Positions 1 to 15,394 of a stretch of 64,000 nucleotides of DNA are shown here, piece after piece. A model generated the notes under the pieces. It saw only the letters and a list, made by a program, of their open reading frames with translations, did no database searches and was not told the origin of the DNA. The first letter of the stretch is position 1. Every line of letters starts with the position of its first letter. Source of the stretch: Octopus sinensis (Eukaryota). The stretch is from NCBI RefSeq assembly GCF_006345805.1, contig NC_043005.1:75392001-75456000 (forward strand). Direction: 5' to 3'. The translations under genes were made by a program, and so were the position numbers.

Positions 1-507
1 ACCGCATGCCAACCAACTGATACAAGATATGGATAACTCTGATCTTCAGTCTAATAACCATATAAAAGACATCAGTTATTGATCCCCATGTCTTAGAATG
101 AATGAATGATTAGAGCATTTTATGTAGTAGAACACCCATGGGGAAGACTGAATTGTAGGCAATACCAGGAGTGATACCAGTATTTCAAACCCAAAGAACT
201 AAATACAATTCCTAACCTAACGACCTTCCATAATGATAGAAGACAACCACATTGTGAAAGTATATGCCATGGTATGTAAAAATTGTCAACTGACTGCATT
301 GTTTCCAAGAAACAGGCTTCTGTAAAAGTCTGCAGCACATGACAATAGAAAAATTGAAGTACATCATGTCTCAAAATTGTGTCATAAACACAAAGTCACA
401 GTCATCCCAATCATGAGGGAATCATAGGTGATATAACATGAGTATACAGCTGTTTCAAAAGCAAAAAAAAAAAAGCAGTCACATTGGGTTGAATTATTGT
501 CACTATA

Positions 508-715
508 TTAACCTTTTAGCATTTAAACCATCCACATCCAGCCCAAAAATGTTCAAACTGGTTAGATCTAGTTTCTCACACACTTTACAATCTCATTCAA
601 ATCATAATCACATCACCGAAATCTAAAAGCTACAAGTTAATGCATGATTAATTCAAAACAATGTGAATTAATAAGTATTACATTTGACAAAGTAAACTGA
701 ATGCTAAAGGGTTAA
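508..715. mobile_element. piggyBac-type non-autonomous MITE
   Basis: TTAA at both ends (508-511, 712-715), with terminal inverted repeats cc(t/c)tttagcatt...aatgctaaaggg. Confidence 0.65.
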
Positions 716-2279
716 AGAAAAAAAAGAAAAACAAAGAGTTGCTCAAATATGAGGCTTTGCAGATCATCTATTATTGGAAAAGTGACCTCATAACACACTT
801 TGTCCCACATGGTCAAATCTATAAATAGATTTAAGAGGCAGCCATGTATCAATAGTAGAGGAAACTATTTTGAAACAGACAAGGATAAATTTTAAGTTAT
901 GCAATAAACTAGTTTCTTTTCGGACAGCCTTTATACTTGATCAGAAACTTAAGTTATGCAGCAATATATTACAACAGGTGTTACAGGCTTTGTTATAACA
1001 TTAAACTGTAGTTAATGACTTGTGAGCATAAATGTCTTTTTTTTTGTTTTGTTTTCTCACAATTACAGACCAAGCTAAATGTTATTGTAATAATTTTTTT
1101 AAGACAATGTTTTGAAAGTGCATCGTCACCATCATTTTAGCATCCATTTTCCATGCTGACATGGGTCAGACAAAATTTGGCATGGCAAATTTTCTATGGC
1201 CAGATACCCTTCCTGTTGCCATGAAAGATTAGAAACAAAAAAATATTGCTTGTATGATAGCGACATCTGCTTACAACTATCACATGATGTCAAAGAAACT
1301 GTAATACACACACACACAGAAGCTTCATTCAGTTTCTGTCTACCAAACCCATTCTCAAGACTTTGGTTGGCCCAAGACCATAGAAGACACTAGCCCAAAA
1401 TACTATGCAGCAACACTGAACGTGTAACCAGGTGGTTGGAAAGCAAATTTTTTTACTACACAAACTTTAAAATACTTAGCGAAAGTATTCTAAAAGTCAG
1501 TTAAAAGTAAAACTATCAGATAAAAAATAAAAATTGCTAGATATTAACTTTGAATGTCAGACAAGTAAAAATGCCAAGTTTAGTATGCCATTCCTATTCA
1601 ACTGATTGATATTTGAAGTTAGTCTTAAACAAATTGATTAACAAAATACAATGTTCAAATTTTTTTCCATATAAAGCAGTTCTTAATGTTAATATATTCA
1701 AGTGACAAATTCGATAACTAGCATCAGTGTAATATCACTAAATTTATTTTTTTTGTGGGGGGGATCAATAATACACAAAAAAATTTACAAGCCAATAATC
1801 ATTCAATTAGATATCAAATTTGATCAAGATTGTAGTTGACAACCTTTTGTAGATTTAGTTTCATAAATGCTGTACACAACTTTCATCCAGTTACTGGGCT
1901 AAATTCACAAAAATGTTGAACTATTTCAAAGTTATAGTATGCTTGACTCTTGTTACAATATTTCTGTTGAAATACACTGCCTTTGAATCAGTTAATTTTT
2001 AACATGAAGAATTTGGAAAAAATAACCAACATTAAGCTGGTGTTTGGAACATGAATTAACTTCTAGAATAAGTTCTAATGGAAGTTAGTTTAGATCATTT
2101 TAAAACAGAAATGAGAGCAGTCACAGACAGATTGGTCTCAAAAGGGTTTAACACCATGAAAACCTTCATGAAAAAATAACCTGATGAACAATTTAATAGA
2201 TACTTGATTTTATTTGCTGCCATCCTTAGCAAAGCCAAAAGGAGAATATACCTGGCTCTCTTCCAAGTGTTCATATTGT

Positions 2280-2915
2280 TTAACCCCTGGTTGACACTTT
2301 AGCATCTAGATTACTCTGTCAAATGTAAGGTTTATTTGTTCACATGGTTTTATATTATGCATTATCTAGTAGCTTCGCGATTTTGATGATGTGATTGCTT
2401 AATTTTAGAATAACACTGCAGCATAGATATAAGAGGTCATATCTTGACCACTGTGAACATAAAACAGAATATTTGGCCTGGATATAGCTGGCTTTAAATG
2501 CCAACAGGTTAAGCCAGATAAAGATCTGAAGCAAATCGTCAAGTAATAATGAAATTATTGTATACAGTGCTCAGGTGCACCACAACAGCCTGTATCTTTT
2601 TTAATAACATTTTAATTAGCAAACTAGAATTTAATGCTTTCTTAAATCCATTTCCAAATAAGAAAGGAACTGTGTGATTACATGTTTTTAAGCCTTTGGT
2701 ATTCATAATTACTGTCAAATGTAATGCTTATTTATTTACATGGCTTTGAATTAATCATGCATTATCTCATCACTTCAAGACTTCAACATTGTGATCATTT
2801 AATTTTCGAAGGACATTGTTGGGTAGGTGTGAGAGACTGAATCTAGCCATTTTGAATATAAAACAAGGTAGAATATTTAGGCCAGATATAGCTGGTTTAA
2901 ATAGTAAGGAGTTAA
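2280..2915. mobile_element. Two further copies of the TTAA-flanked MITE (about 2280-2512 and 2688-2915)
   Basis: Share internal sequence (tactctgtcaaatgtaa..gctt atttattcacatgg, gccagatatagctggtttaaa) with the reverse complement of 508-715, and have TTAA ends. Confidence 0.55.
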
Positions 2916-5671
2916 AAGACATTACTGTAAAAAAAAAAAAATTTTTTTTTTTTTTTTTTTTTGGATACATCAACACTTCCACACCACATTTTAAAAGTAT
3001 TTTGCCAACATTACAATTCTGAAATTAAATCAAGAATTTCAAAGGTTTTATTTAATCTACCTTATCTGGTGTTTGTATATAAAAGATTCTTATATAGAAT
3101 TATATATATAAAGATTATAATGGAATAACATGGTCTAAATATAACACTAAAATAAACAGTTTGTATCATAGAATCTACAGAGCTACAGGCAAGATGTTAT
3201 CAAAAGGATAAAAGGATTGAAGAGTTGTGAGCCAATTGCTGAAAACTGACAGGATTAATACAAACATTGATATATGTAAAAATCTTAACAGCTTTTATTG
3301 GACAGTGCCATACTGGATATCTAGCAAAGTTAAAGTAGTTAAAACAATGGACAACTACTACAGTGCATGGAAATTGTCTGCCTGTAAAGATTGCAAAGAA
3401 GTGTGTGCAGTATGCTTCAAGAAAAATTGAAGGTGCATAGTACTGTCACAAAATTTGTACTGAGCCTGCTGACAGATAAAAAGAGAACCCAAGACTGTCA
3501 GTTAGAAGGTTTGTGATAAAAGTTTCCATAAGCATTTGAATGATTAGTGATGAAATGCCAGAGTGCAGCTATGTCAACTTAATGGTAGCCATGGCAGTGG
3601 GTTGGGTCAATCTCATCATGAAAAAAGAAAAGCATTATGCAACTCAAAGGTAAATGTTAGTCTTTTTGATTGAAAGGGATTTGGTTAAACCATAACTTAA
3701 AACGTTTTGGACATCCTGAAGCATTTCAAAGAGGCTAAATTGTGAAGGTAAAGAACTAAGCGATGAACAGATAATACCCAAGGACATTCCTGTTCCCAAT
3801 ATTAATCTAATTCTGAAAGATAGTCAATTTCAAACTACAAGAAAAACTTGGTAGCTCTTCACTGATGTTAATACTGAATGGGTCTAAATTTTGAGCAAGG
3901 TTATACAGGCAGAAATTTTTGCAAATAGATTTCATGCATCTTGCACAGTGTTTAAAACATTTATTCTGGAATAAAGGAATGTGCTTGGCTGATAGTTGCT
4001 AATAGAGAGCTATGAGTATCTTGTCACAAGGTAGCTGTGACTGCTGCTGACAGATTTAGCATTACCTGTTCATCACCAACCAGAATTTCAATGCAAAATA
4101 TTTCTCGTACAACTGTTTAATAACATTTTGTACAATTTGTCATTCAATTCCAAATTTAAGAGGAAAAAAAAAAGAAAAGCATACATTTACATTTCTAATT
4201 GTTGAGTGGAGCTCTATTTACAACAGTATGGCTTTCACCTTTCTTCACATAACATATTCAGAAAGTTGACAGATTTCCTAAGTAGCTCCCCTACCTAGTC
4301 TTATAATTTCTATTACTGTTAGTTTACATTAGTTTAAAACCAAATCAAAATGGTGTGTGGCAGAAAATTTAACACAACTGACAAGGTCTTGTAGCAACTA
4401 TTTTTGAAAGACAATTTTTTCAAGTGCGCAACATAGCAGTTGTCATCTATATCAAGCCTTGCAGCCCATCTCCCACAATTTTTTTTTCTTCTCTACTTAA
4501 CGATGTATGCAGCATGGACAGGGTGCAACATCAAGCCAATAAATCCATAAGCCCAAGTATTGTTCTTAAATTGATTAGATGTTGGGCTAAAATATCAACA
4601 TTTGCTTCTGCACCAAGAAATGCAGAGGCTTGGGACTTCATTCCTAATAAGTTTCCATTATCAAGATATGGGAAATGATAAACTTTTTCAAGAAGTCAAA
4701 TGTAACATATTGAAGCAGATTTTCTACGGCCAGATACCTTTCTTGTTGCCAACCTTCACTTATTTCCAAGCAAGGTACATTTTTCACAGAATATTGGAAA
4801 TAACTGACACAGCTTGTATAAGTGATGCTCATTTATAACTGCCATACTATGTCAAAGACAAGGAGACATGAAAAACACACACACACACAGACTGGACCTC
4901 TTTCAGGTTGTCAACAAACCTACACACAAAACTGAACAATCTAGAAAAATAGAAGACACTTGGTCAAGGTGCCACACAGGGGATTGAACCTAAAATCATA
5001 TGGTTGGAAAATAAATTTCTCAATCATACAGCCACATGTGAATAGTTAAAAAGAAAATCTAAAATTAGAAGTAAACAAGGTTATAAAATCCAGCTCTCTT
5101 TCTAAACCATTAAAAGCTATAAGTCACCAGTTCCCATAATACTTATTATAATAACAAATATATCTGTTCTTCCAGAATTTATAAATAAAATTATATAGTA
5201 ATTAACCATTTTGACTAACTAGAAACAGAATTATTTTTGCTAATATCAATACTAGTTTCTTATATTTGATATTTGTCAATTAGTAATCAGGTAAATTAAG
5301 TAATATGTAATTTTTTTTTCCCCCACAACTTCATAGCTTTAACTGTTTTGCTCATTGTCCTATTATATTCATACACACCACAAGGCTAACAATATTGTTT
5401 AGATTAGTAACAAAACTCTGACAACGTCTCTAGACAACCTCTGATAACCTCTCTCATTAATCTCTCCCTCCTTCAGTTGACAGTTTTTGTACATTTTCAT
5501 GATGAAAAATACACCTTTTTGTGGCAGTAATAATGAAATTGCTTTCTTATATCAGTAATAAGGTGATTCAATAGAACATCTTACCCCCGGGAATTACTGG
5601 GTACACCAGCTAGTATGTATATATACATATATTTCATTATTATTTAATGAAAACCACAAGTCTTGTGAAAT

Positions 5672-6191
5672 ACAGCTACCCGGGGTTTTCTGGTTGAAAT
5701 ATTAATTTATTTTGCCGTGTTTTGAGCTGATAAGGAAGAACTCTGTAAACTAAAGTCAGTTACTAAGAGCGACCATCAGTGTGAACATTATTATTGCACT
5801 TTCTTCTAATAAGGAAGCGCAATAATAATGTTTAGCAGTTCAAAACTGTGAGCAGTGAAATGCAGAATTAGGTTGGCTGATCATTGGTTCAAAGTAATCG
5901 AACATAAACAATGAAATGGGCTATTTCCCTTCAGTGTTTAAAAAAAATATTGTTGGTTGGTGGTATGAATTATTTCCCTTACGTGTTAAAAAAAAAAGTT
6001 ATAAAAGGTACATATAAAGGTCCCTTCCAGGGGCTGTATTATCGATTTTTTCAACAACCTAAGTATGTCATGAGGTTTCCAGACATGAGTTCTACTCACG
6101 TGTCAAGTTTCATCAAAATCAATAAAACGATGTAGGAGGAGTTACATAACAACACCACAAACACACACCAATTTTCCACATATGTAGTAGA
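5672..6191 (-). mobile_element. Non-autonomous Helitron (degenerate 3' end)
   Basis: 5' A|TCTACTACATATGTGG shared with the copy at 27803. A cccggg hairpin remnant is at the other end. A separate CTAG|T Helitron 3' end lies at 5581-5614. Confidence 0.45.
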
Positions 6192-7320
6192 TATACATAT
6201 ATATTATCCACTACTTTCATTAATGCATTTACAACCATGTTTAGCAATATCTCAAATTTTTATGCCTTTACCCCTCAGTACACAAATGAAATGCATAAAT
6301 AACTTTTGCAATCAAAAATTTCTCACTCTCAATCACAGGCATAAATGATCCTATTTTGTTTTACTTCTGACAAGGAGATTTGATGTTTGGCTTTGCAACA
6401 ATTAATTACCTCAGAATGTCCATAACCCCCCATTCAGTAACAGGCAGTTTTTTTGTTTTTTTTTAACATTGCTTGATGTATGCTTCTGCAGTTCAATCAA
6501 CATGCTAAATCTTTGATCCAGCCTGTTTGTTCAAGCCTGCATAATCAAAAAGTAGAGAGGTATGATGACAGAAGGACCAAAGTGAGTGGAGTGAGGTGAG
6601 AGGGTGAAGGTATAATTACAGAAAACTATTGGCTATGAGGAAGATTGAAAGGAGCATAATGGAAAGTAGTTCTGAATGTACGGAGGAGGAGGAGAGAGAA
6701 ATGGAAGAGACATAATAGTTACATGCTTTATCAGTGTCAGAAAAATAAAGTGTTGAATGTCAACAAAGAACAGGCCTAGAGGGGAAAGGAGTGGCGACAG
6801 AGAAAGAGTGATGGTAAGATATATCAGATATGAATAGTTCCAATGCTATCTCTCACATAGGTATCTTGGTGGGAAACACACAAGGAGTGTGAAGTATGGT
6901 AACAGTGGATGCATAAATCCAATACCATCCCCTCACCTCATTGGGTGGGATGAGGATGGTGCAGTCAGTAGAAGATGAATATCAGAGAATAAGAGACTTA
7001 GATTTAATACCATCTTCAATTATGACAGAAGGCCATCAATAGGTGACGGGGTAAATGTAGGGAGCATACATGGGAAAAGAGGAGCGACAGCAATGGACAT
7101 TAGAAGACAGGAGTGATCAAGATAAATAATAGAGGAAAAGGGTGTAAAAAAAAAAAAAAATAAAATAAACAAGGGGGGAGCAGGAGAGAAGGAAGAAAAG
7201 GAGGCTTGCCAGGATTTATTAGCTAAGAGAAGCAAATATGTGTATGTGAGTGTACATGTATGTATATCACAACCTCCACTGCTACCCTAATTTCAGCATT
7301 TGTTTTGTTATGCTTGACTG

Positions 7321-9190
7321 ATAGATGGGCTATTATCTAGTATTGTACATCGTCAATCATCTCAGTCCTTTGTCACTGCCTTTGTAGAGCCTAACATCCT
7401 GAGGTTGGTCTTCATTTCATCCCATGTTTTTTCTCGATTTCCCTCTTCCACAGATTCCATCTACTTTCAAATGTTCTGCATAGCTCTATAAATTGTCATG
7501 CACCATATGCTTCACATGCCTCTATCACTGCAGTCTTTTCTTTTGCACACATCTTACACCTCATCAGGGTTTTTTTTCTTTCTTTTCCGCAACTCACTTG
7601 TACACCATCATTCAAGCATACAAACACTACACAAACAGTATATCATACTTGCTTCATTTCTTCCTCACTTTTCACAAACCTTCTGCATTCAAGGTCCATA
7701 TCCCAAGACTAAGCAGAATTGCAACTTGGACACAAGCATCATACAATATACCCATAACACTTTGCTAATGGGGAAAGGGAGGGGACCTCTCTAAACTTTC
7801 CAACCTGTTCTTACTCTGGTTACTAAGCTTTTAGAAGATTCACCCTCAACTGTATGTTAAATCACCTATATAAAAGAAACTTTCAACTACTACAGAGTCT
7901 TCTGGTTATTTGAAAGAATCTATTTCTCAGGTACTGCTCCAGTCTATTGCTGCACACGAAGTCCATCTCCTTTGTTAGCCTGTCTGTGATTCCACTAACT
8001 CCTTGTTCAGTTTATAGTTTACACTGGGTAAACTATGAAATTTCCACAAACTTTTCTGCATAACAAGTATAGCTATTTCCTTTTCGTCCCTACTTTTTAG
8101 TAAGGACAGTAGTAAAGTCTTTGCTAAGTTTACTTTGAGGTTTCTTGATTCTAGGTTTTGCTTTCATGTTAGGAATTTCTTCTCCAAATCTTCAAGAGTT
8201 ATGAGAGCCAGATCATCATCATCGCTTAACGTCCGTTTTCCATGCTAGCATGGGTTGGAAGGTTTGACCGGGGTCTGGGAAGCCAGGAGGCTGCACCATG
8301 CTCCAGTCTGATCTGGCAGTGTTTCTACAGCTGGATCCCCTTCCAGGAATTCCCCAGGATAGTTGTTTTAAACTCATATGGTATCCTAAAGTACAATGAT
8401 AAACAGAAGGGGAATGTCAAACCATTTGTCCATGTAGAACCCTATCAAAGTCCTTCCCCAGGTCGACAGATGCTAGATACAATAGCTCATTCCAAGGACA
8501 TCAGTATTTCTTCCTTACAACCTCTAATTTTGTTCCTAATCAGTTCTGCTATTACTCTTTGTCAGTCAATCAGGTGCCTCTCTTGTGCCTTTGTAGCTAT
8601 CTGACACCTTCCTGCACTGACTGAAAACATGTAACTTGCACATGAGCCACTTTGCCAAATATTTTCAGCATCTCACCAACTGAAGGCTCTCTTGCTTTCA
8701 CATCTTCAATCACTTTACTGCTTTCAATTTGGATGGGTGATGCCTCTGTTGAGTCTATTTGAGAGGCTCTTTCTTACTCGTGTATTCTCATTTAGCACTT
8801 TCATGCCTTTCTTTTTGCTAAGAGCAAGTGTGAAACTATAATTATTTCTACGGGGCTTCTATTTTGTCTGGCACATTGTCTTTGGATCCAGAACACCTCA
8901 TATATATGAATCTCACAGCAAAGAACATGTGAATACTGCTTACCTTCTGCTTCTCCCTCAGCTAAATATACCTTTACAAAGCTTCTATTCTAGTTAGGCT
9001 TTATTTTTGCTACCTCTATTCTTTTACTTTTTTCCAAATCTACCTGTTTTCATGGCTTCGTCTACAGTAGTATTCCACAACCATGTCACTGGCACCAGTC
9101 ACAGACGTAAATCAATGGTCCGCAGTAAGCTTTCACAGAAACTCAGTTTAAAAGACCTTATTACCAACCTCCTTTCTATCATAAGCATCA
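7321..9190 (-). mobile_element. Decayed RTE-clade LINE fragment
   Basis: Degenerate minus-strand translations resemble RTE ORF segments (EVFxIxRQC; DSTEASPIQIESS; C-terminal KRLQ..RHV...LKVDGICGRGKSRK). Many stops and frameshifts. Confidence 0.65.
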
Positions 9191-10489
9191 ACAAGAAATT
9201 CTGAACCTGTAACCAACCTATTACACATATATTCTATGTCTTTATATTTAATTGTTTGCATGCCCACTTTGTATTTATTCAATGATTACAAATTGAATAT
9301 CAACAAAAAAAAAATATGCATTATATGTCACTTGATGGCAAACTTTATTTTTAGAAAAAGCCAAATCACCCTCAAACCATATCCTAGAAGGAATCAAAGA
9401 AGGAATGGAAAAGATTAGAAATATTCACAATAACATGTTAATACAGAAATAAGTCTCTAAATTTCTAATGATATGTATTTAGAAGGATTGCAAGGACTAT
9501 CTATTCATCCATCAAGGCAGATATATATATATATATTGATCTATTGACATACCTATAAATAAATATGGTAAGCTGAAACTGAAGAAGCACATACAAAGAC
9601 ATTTCATTGGAAATAGTTTGAGTGACCTAGGAAGCTTCATACTGGATTGAAATCTTGTCAAAGTGTCATATGAACTGCACCATCAGAAACTCATCTCTAC
9701 TACTCTGCAATTAATAAAAATGTTGAGTCTCGGTAACTCTCAGAACACACACACACACACACAAACAAAAGAAAAACTTTGCCTGAATTCATTAAAGAGT
9801 AATTTTAATCATCTAATTCAGGAAATACCAAAACTAGGCTACACAATAATTGTTTATTTAGTTATATTAGTCTCCATTTACTGACAGAGGTTACAGTAAT
9901 CACTATACACACACAAACATACATAACATTAGCTGTAGACAGCTGTGCGATTACAAAGTTCATTCTACAACTCTATATGGTTACAAGTTCAGTCCAACCA
10001 TTTGACACCTGGGGCAGGTCTTCTATTTTGGCCCTAGGCCAACAAATACCTTGTGTAGAAATTTTGTAGATGAAAACTGTGGAAAGTCTGTTATGTGTAT
10101 ATGAAACCCTGAATGTTGGAGTCCCATAGTTTAACTTGAGCAAAATGTGATATGCTTACATTTCCTGTTGACATTATCATCAGTTCCCCAGTGCTTTTGA
10201 AAACCTGTAACGTATGAAATCCCTTACTTGAAAACTAATTAAGGACCAGCACTAGTAACAGCATCTGACCAATCATGTCCACATCTAGGCCATGCTAAAA
10301 CATGTTAAATGAATATACATACAGGTGTGCATGCACCCCCATGCATGCAATCACACACATGTTTATGTGTGTATATGTAAACATTATATACACACATGCA
10401 TAGACACCCACAGAAACAACTATAACAGCTTACAATTATCTATAAAAAAGTAGAGTTAGATGCCATGAAACAGTGCGATCAACTTTTTC

Positions 10490-12500
10490 TTTTAAGCCAG
10501 AGAGCCAACAAATAAGAGCTCATGACCCCTGCAGGCCCTCATAAACATTGTTCCTCTTGAATCATTGCATGTCTAACAGCTGCAGGAAAGACATGAACAA
10601 AGGAATTCCAAAGGATAGACATACTGGGAAAAATTGAGCTTAGTAATTAGTATGCAGTCTAAACACAAGGGTAGTAAGAAAGATGAATAGGTTAGTAATA
10701 CTTCAGCAAAGATGGCATGAGCCAATCCAGTTGTGAGGAGCAGGGTTCATTATAATTGTAGTAGAAATGAGTGAGAAGACAATATACCCATGGATCAGAG
10801 GCTGGAGCACATCTATGTGATCTTATGTCAATCAGTTACCTTGCCATATCTGGATAGTCTAAAGTATCTATGTACACTGCCCAGATATGAGAGTTATAAT
10901 TTTTTATAAGCTACAACTGAGCTTTGTAGATTGTCAAGAACCATTGAGGTCAACGGTAGCTTTTGGTCCTAAAGAGTTGAGTCAGCCATTGAGATATGGT
11001 CCCAGCTAAAGAATGTACTTTTACTTGGAGATATCTTTGGTTGCAAGCTTAAAGAAGAGATGACATTTGCTTAACAAGAGTAGTGTATGTGACTTTTTTG
11101 TTCTATTTACTGCTGAAAGAGACAAGATAAGCAAATTCCTATTAAAGGCTTCTATGATCTCCGTTCATGGAATCAGACAAAGGTAAAGAAAGAATGCAAC
11201 AATGCCCACTGATGTGCATATGAGGGGGAGTGGTTGCATGTAATAGCAAAAGAGTTCTATCAACATATACTGTGATCTGATAGGAAGTTACTAATCCAAA
11301 AAAGATGGGTTGAGTTCACAGGCAAGCAGTTTCAATAGATTTGTCAGACCCAGTAGAAAGTTTGTTGATGTCAAGGGCAACAACATTCTTTTCACTAATT
11401 CACCTACCAATGAACTCTCATTCATTGGCAGGTGATACAGTAGCTTAGGAAACTAGTGGATCTAGCTACATGGAAACAGTACTAGTGGTCATTAAACACA
11501 GAGTGAGAGATTCAAAGTGTTAGTGAACATTGTTAATGGCCATCACCATTAACTTAGAGATGCTAGAAGGGAGTGTAATAGGTTGATAATTGCCAGAGAA
11601 GTTGCTTTCCTTGGAAAAGGGACACAATGTACTGGTTTCCAAAATTCAGAACAGATTCCTGTACAATAGGAGAGATTGAAGAGTTTGATTAGTTTCATTA
11701 TAAACTAGACTTGGCCCGTCATGTTCACAGAAAGAGACATTTTTAGGAATAGTGGCTTTGTCAGCTTGAAGTAACTGAAGATACTTTTGCACTTGGTTTG
11801 TGCATGCAAGGTACTGAACCTGGTGAGTGATAGAGGATAAATTTGAAGGAGATTTGCCAAGTTTGGTAGCAAAGATGAAACTTTTCTTTACTGGAGTACT
11901 GTCCATGAAGCCATTGTTATTTTGAAATGGAGGGAAAGAGGATTCTGTAAAGATAATGTAAACATTTTTCAAATGCAGTTTAGAAGGTGAGATAGCCTTT
12001 GCAGTCCAGATAGTAGTCTTGCAAGTGATACACAACAGGGTAAATGTCACCAAGTTTTAGAGATGTAGGTGAGGTTTTGAGGTACTACAGGCCTTGTTTT
12101 ACCTGAACAACTTCAGCACAACTATGGTAACTGAAGTCCTCCACTTACAGGACTTGGGATATTGATTTTTTGTTGCATGTGTGATGCTAAGAGACATACA
12201 TAAAAATTTTGTTTCAATCACTTACCAATCAGTGTCTGAGGAGTTGGGCATGAAACATAGGGCACCAGTGGTAGTTGGCATAAAACAGGAAGAGTTCCAC
12301 CCACTGGATTACAAAGTGAAATAAGGTGCAGAGGAAGGGATTAGGTGTTTTTGTTGTATATGGATGAGTGATGGGCAACTGGATAGGTGTGGGAGATAGT
12401 TACACTCTGTTAAAAACTATAATTGGAGGTGACAAAGAGCAAGGTGTTTGGGATAGGTATCAATCTGGTACACAAAGGATTAAAGTTATTTCTCTTTATA
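10490..12500 (-). mobile_element. Decayed CR1/L2-group LINE (RT domain to 3' end)
   Basis: Minus-strand remnants NYQPITLPSSISKL (NYRPISL motif), VVALDINK (ALDISKAF) and C-terminal FFP...LWNS. Confidence 0.7.
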
Positions 12501-14708
12501 ATAATCGACCTTTCACTTTAGATTCCTAGAGAAGACATTTAACTCTATCACTCACAAAAGTACTCCCTATCTTCATCATACAAAAAGACACCCTGAATAA
12601 TATAGCCAAGATCACCATTTCTGAAAACAAGTTCAACTTCTTGAGTAGGTTCAGCAGAACTAGATCTCACTGGTTTCAATCACATCATCTAACAGATGAA
12701 TGACTTATATTTTCATCTTTACAACTTCATTCTATCCAGTTCATCCTAAAACGAAAAACTTGCTTTTAGAAGAGTTTTACAAAATCCATAAACCCTTACC
12801 AAGTGTGCAATATTATTGTTATTCCTGATCTTCCTACTTTCAAAAACATAATTACAAATTTATATTCCTGGAATATGGATTAACAAGTATTGAGTTAGCG
12901 CCACACCTCAAAAAAATAAATAAATAAAATGTCATTGTATACCTACTTACTGAATGATCAACCTCTATACAACGAACAAGCCTATTTTCACTTTTGAAAA
13001 ATAAGTCTGTTGCTCTTAGTCATCTGTAATTTACCAATCCAAGCACTTGAACTTGTGTTCTTTTCAGATTCTATAAAACCATACTATTATCTGACATCAG
13101 CTATTGATCTCTCAGTTTTCCGTAGGTTTCATGTACAGGAACTGAACATAAAAGCTACGGGATCTTTAATTCCAAACCGAAAATAACACTAATATAAAAC
13201 TATCTATTGCAAATGAATTGGACAGAATTTTCAATTAATGAGGCTAAACTATAAAGCAAGAAAACAAAATATTTAAAATGAATGAAAACAAAAACATACA
13301 GGATCTAGTAAAATACTTAAATAGTTCCTTCCCAACTATAACCGCCCCATTCTGGGTATTGTACTTTCACTCCGAATTTCAACCGAGAACACTTCACAGG
13401 TCGTTCGTTAACAGAAGTGGCGAGCATTACGTTTACCAGTCAATGCGTTTGTATGCATATTTTAATATCTATTAAATGATAAAGAGGAATGAGATTATTA
13501 TTCAGCAGTTTGCCGCGAGTAATTTACCTACAAAACTACATATTTAATACCCGTGAATTCTCCCCGGGTATGCACTATTATTTTAAATAAACCTATGAAA
13601 CATAAGAGGTTTTAAGAATATTATACTGGCCCGTTCGTAGCCTGTTGCCAATAGTTAATTTAGATTTAATGACCCGAACAAAAAAAGAAAAAGAAAAAAC
13701 AACAACCTTTCATAAGCTTCACACAAATACACAAACATATATACAAGACGGCCAAGTAAAATAATAATAGTAAAACAAAAAAAAAATCCAGAAACAAAAC
13801 AACATTGAAAAGAGAAAATAAATGAATGGTATTGACTCTTCTCTCCTTAACATTCCATTTACCTTGTCGGCTAGTTTCTGGTCTCCAAACAAATATATAA
13901 TCATTAATCCAAAGACAATCTAAACGAAGCGATTTTCATCGGCTTAATTTTCTGAACATAAACCAACCATAAAAGTTAATACTAAAACGTTTATCGATGT
14001 AAAATATATTATACATATATTATCAATATATATATATTATATATTACCAATATAATTCAAAATGACACTGGAAGAATGAGCAAAAAAATGTGATTTTCTG
14101 CTTCTGATTTCTCTCTCTGCCAGCACCACCACAATGAAAACCAATATGTCACATGTAGTTAACATGTGTAACTTAAATAAAAGTGAGTGGAACTGATACA
14201 TAATGGTGCTGACAGGTCAATTAGTATATTTGATATAGATATCGATAGACTGACCCCACCCACAAACTAACCCATCGTTCTTCTTATTCGGTGATGATAA
14301 ACGTTTGCTGTTTCTATCTATAATAATTCCATATCGATAACAGACACACACCACTTCTCTCTCTCTTTCTCGTCTCTCCTTTATAAGTAAAAGTAGCTTT
14401 TATGAATATCAATCATTTCTTAGCGGACTTCCGTGTACGACCAATTGAGAAAGAGGTTAAGTGAAGAGAAAACACAAAAAAAATTGGATGATAATAATAA
14501 TAATAATAACAACAGCTACTGAATAAAACGAAATGCAGTAGTGATAAATGGGATATTATAACACGCACATACTGTTGTTGACTGATAAACAATTGCTTCT
14601 AAATTTACAACAGCTATTGTCGCCATAGTCTTTTTTTTTCTCCATAGGATACGCCTTAGATAATAAAGAGGACGAGGAGACAATATAGATATGCATATAT
14701 ACACACAC

Positions 14709-14764
<56 letters not shown>

Positions 14765-15394
14765 GTATACACACACACACAGGCACGCATATATATATTA
14801 TAAATACATATACACACAAATATATAGAGAGATATATGAGATTCCCCCCCTTATGTAATGTACAAAATTCATTAATTAATGGATGGCCTTTTTTTTTAGT
14901 GTCTTCTAGCTTCATATGTATTAAATCATATAAGCATAGATCCCCGACCACCACCCTTCTGCATGGAAATGTAAGTAAGTATAGGTTAAATGAGGTAGTT
15001 TTGAGAAAACGCTCAGAAAAGCCGAGGACTCTCTACACAGTTCAGAGGCGATTTTTCAACATATTTCCTGTCCTCTTAAAAAGCATTTGTAAAACGAAAG
15101 TTTAAATCAAAAATAAATCGAATGCTGCATATTCAATTAGCTTATGCAAGAAACGAACATCCTAAATAATGGAAAAAGATACGAGGATACAAGATAATAG
15201 GTTATTATTACATTATTATTAGACATTAAAAACGAGAGATAGACATATATTATTGGATTTTAAGACAAGCAAAAATGTTACATTAACAGATATATATATT
15301 AATGGGTTTAGTAGTATGGAGTGTTGAAAAATAGAGACTTGGAAAAATCGAATCGATGAAATTTTTTTCTCCAAGGCAAAACGTCTATACTTAC

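Larger units (their letters stand above)
1..15394 (-). other. Probable intron 1 of RNF115/126-like gene (extends beyond window start)
   Basis: Starts at the gtaagt donor. I found no exon encoding the expected (D/E)YxCPxCxSGFIEE in 1-15394. The region is TE-filled and CpG-depleted below about 13200. Confidence 0.6.

Noticed and set aside
1-420. Possible piggyBac C-terminal cysteine-rich remnant
   Set aside because: Only scattered Cys spacing across frames and no convincing motif. The region 3180-4140 is likewise an unassignable decayed TE.
6540-7230. Purine-rich stretch resembling a decayed Penelope RT region
   Set aside because: Motif matches were too fragmentary to support. The similar hint at 57240-57545 (PFLD, LIVRRIRIIV) was also left out.
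12801-12868. RNF115/126 exon 2 candidate (cag|GAATAT...TG|gtaagg, begins EY)
   Set aside because: It has splice-like ends and starts with EY, but continues KFVIMFLK with no CPxC or GFIEE. At most a cryptic or poison exon.
13040-13090. GFIE match on the minus strand
   Set aside because: In-frame TAA TAG lie immediately upstream, with no cysteines and no acceptor.
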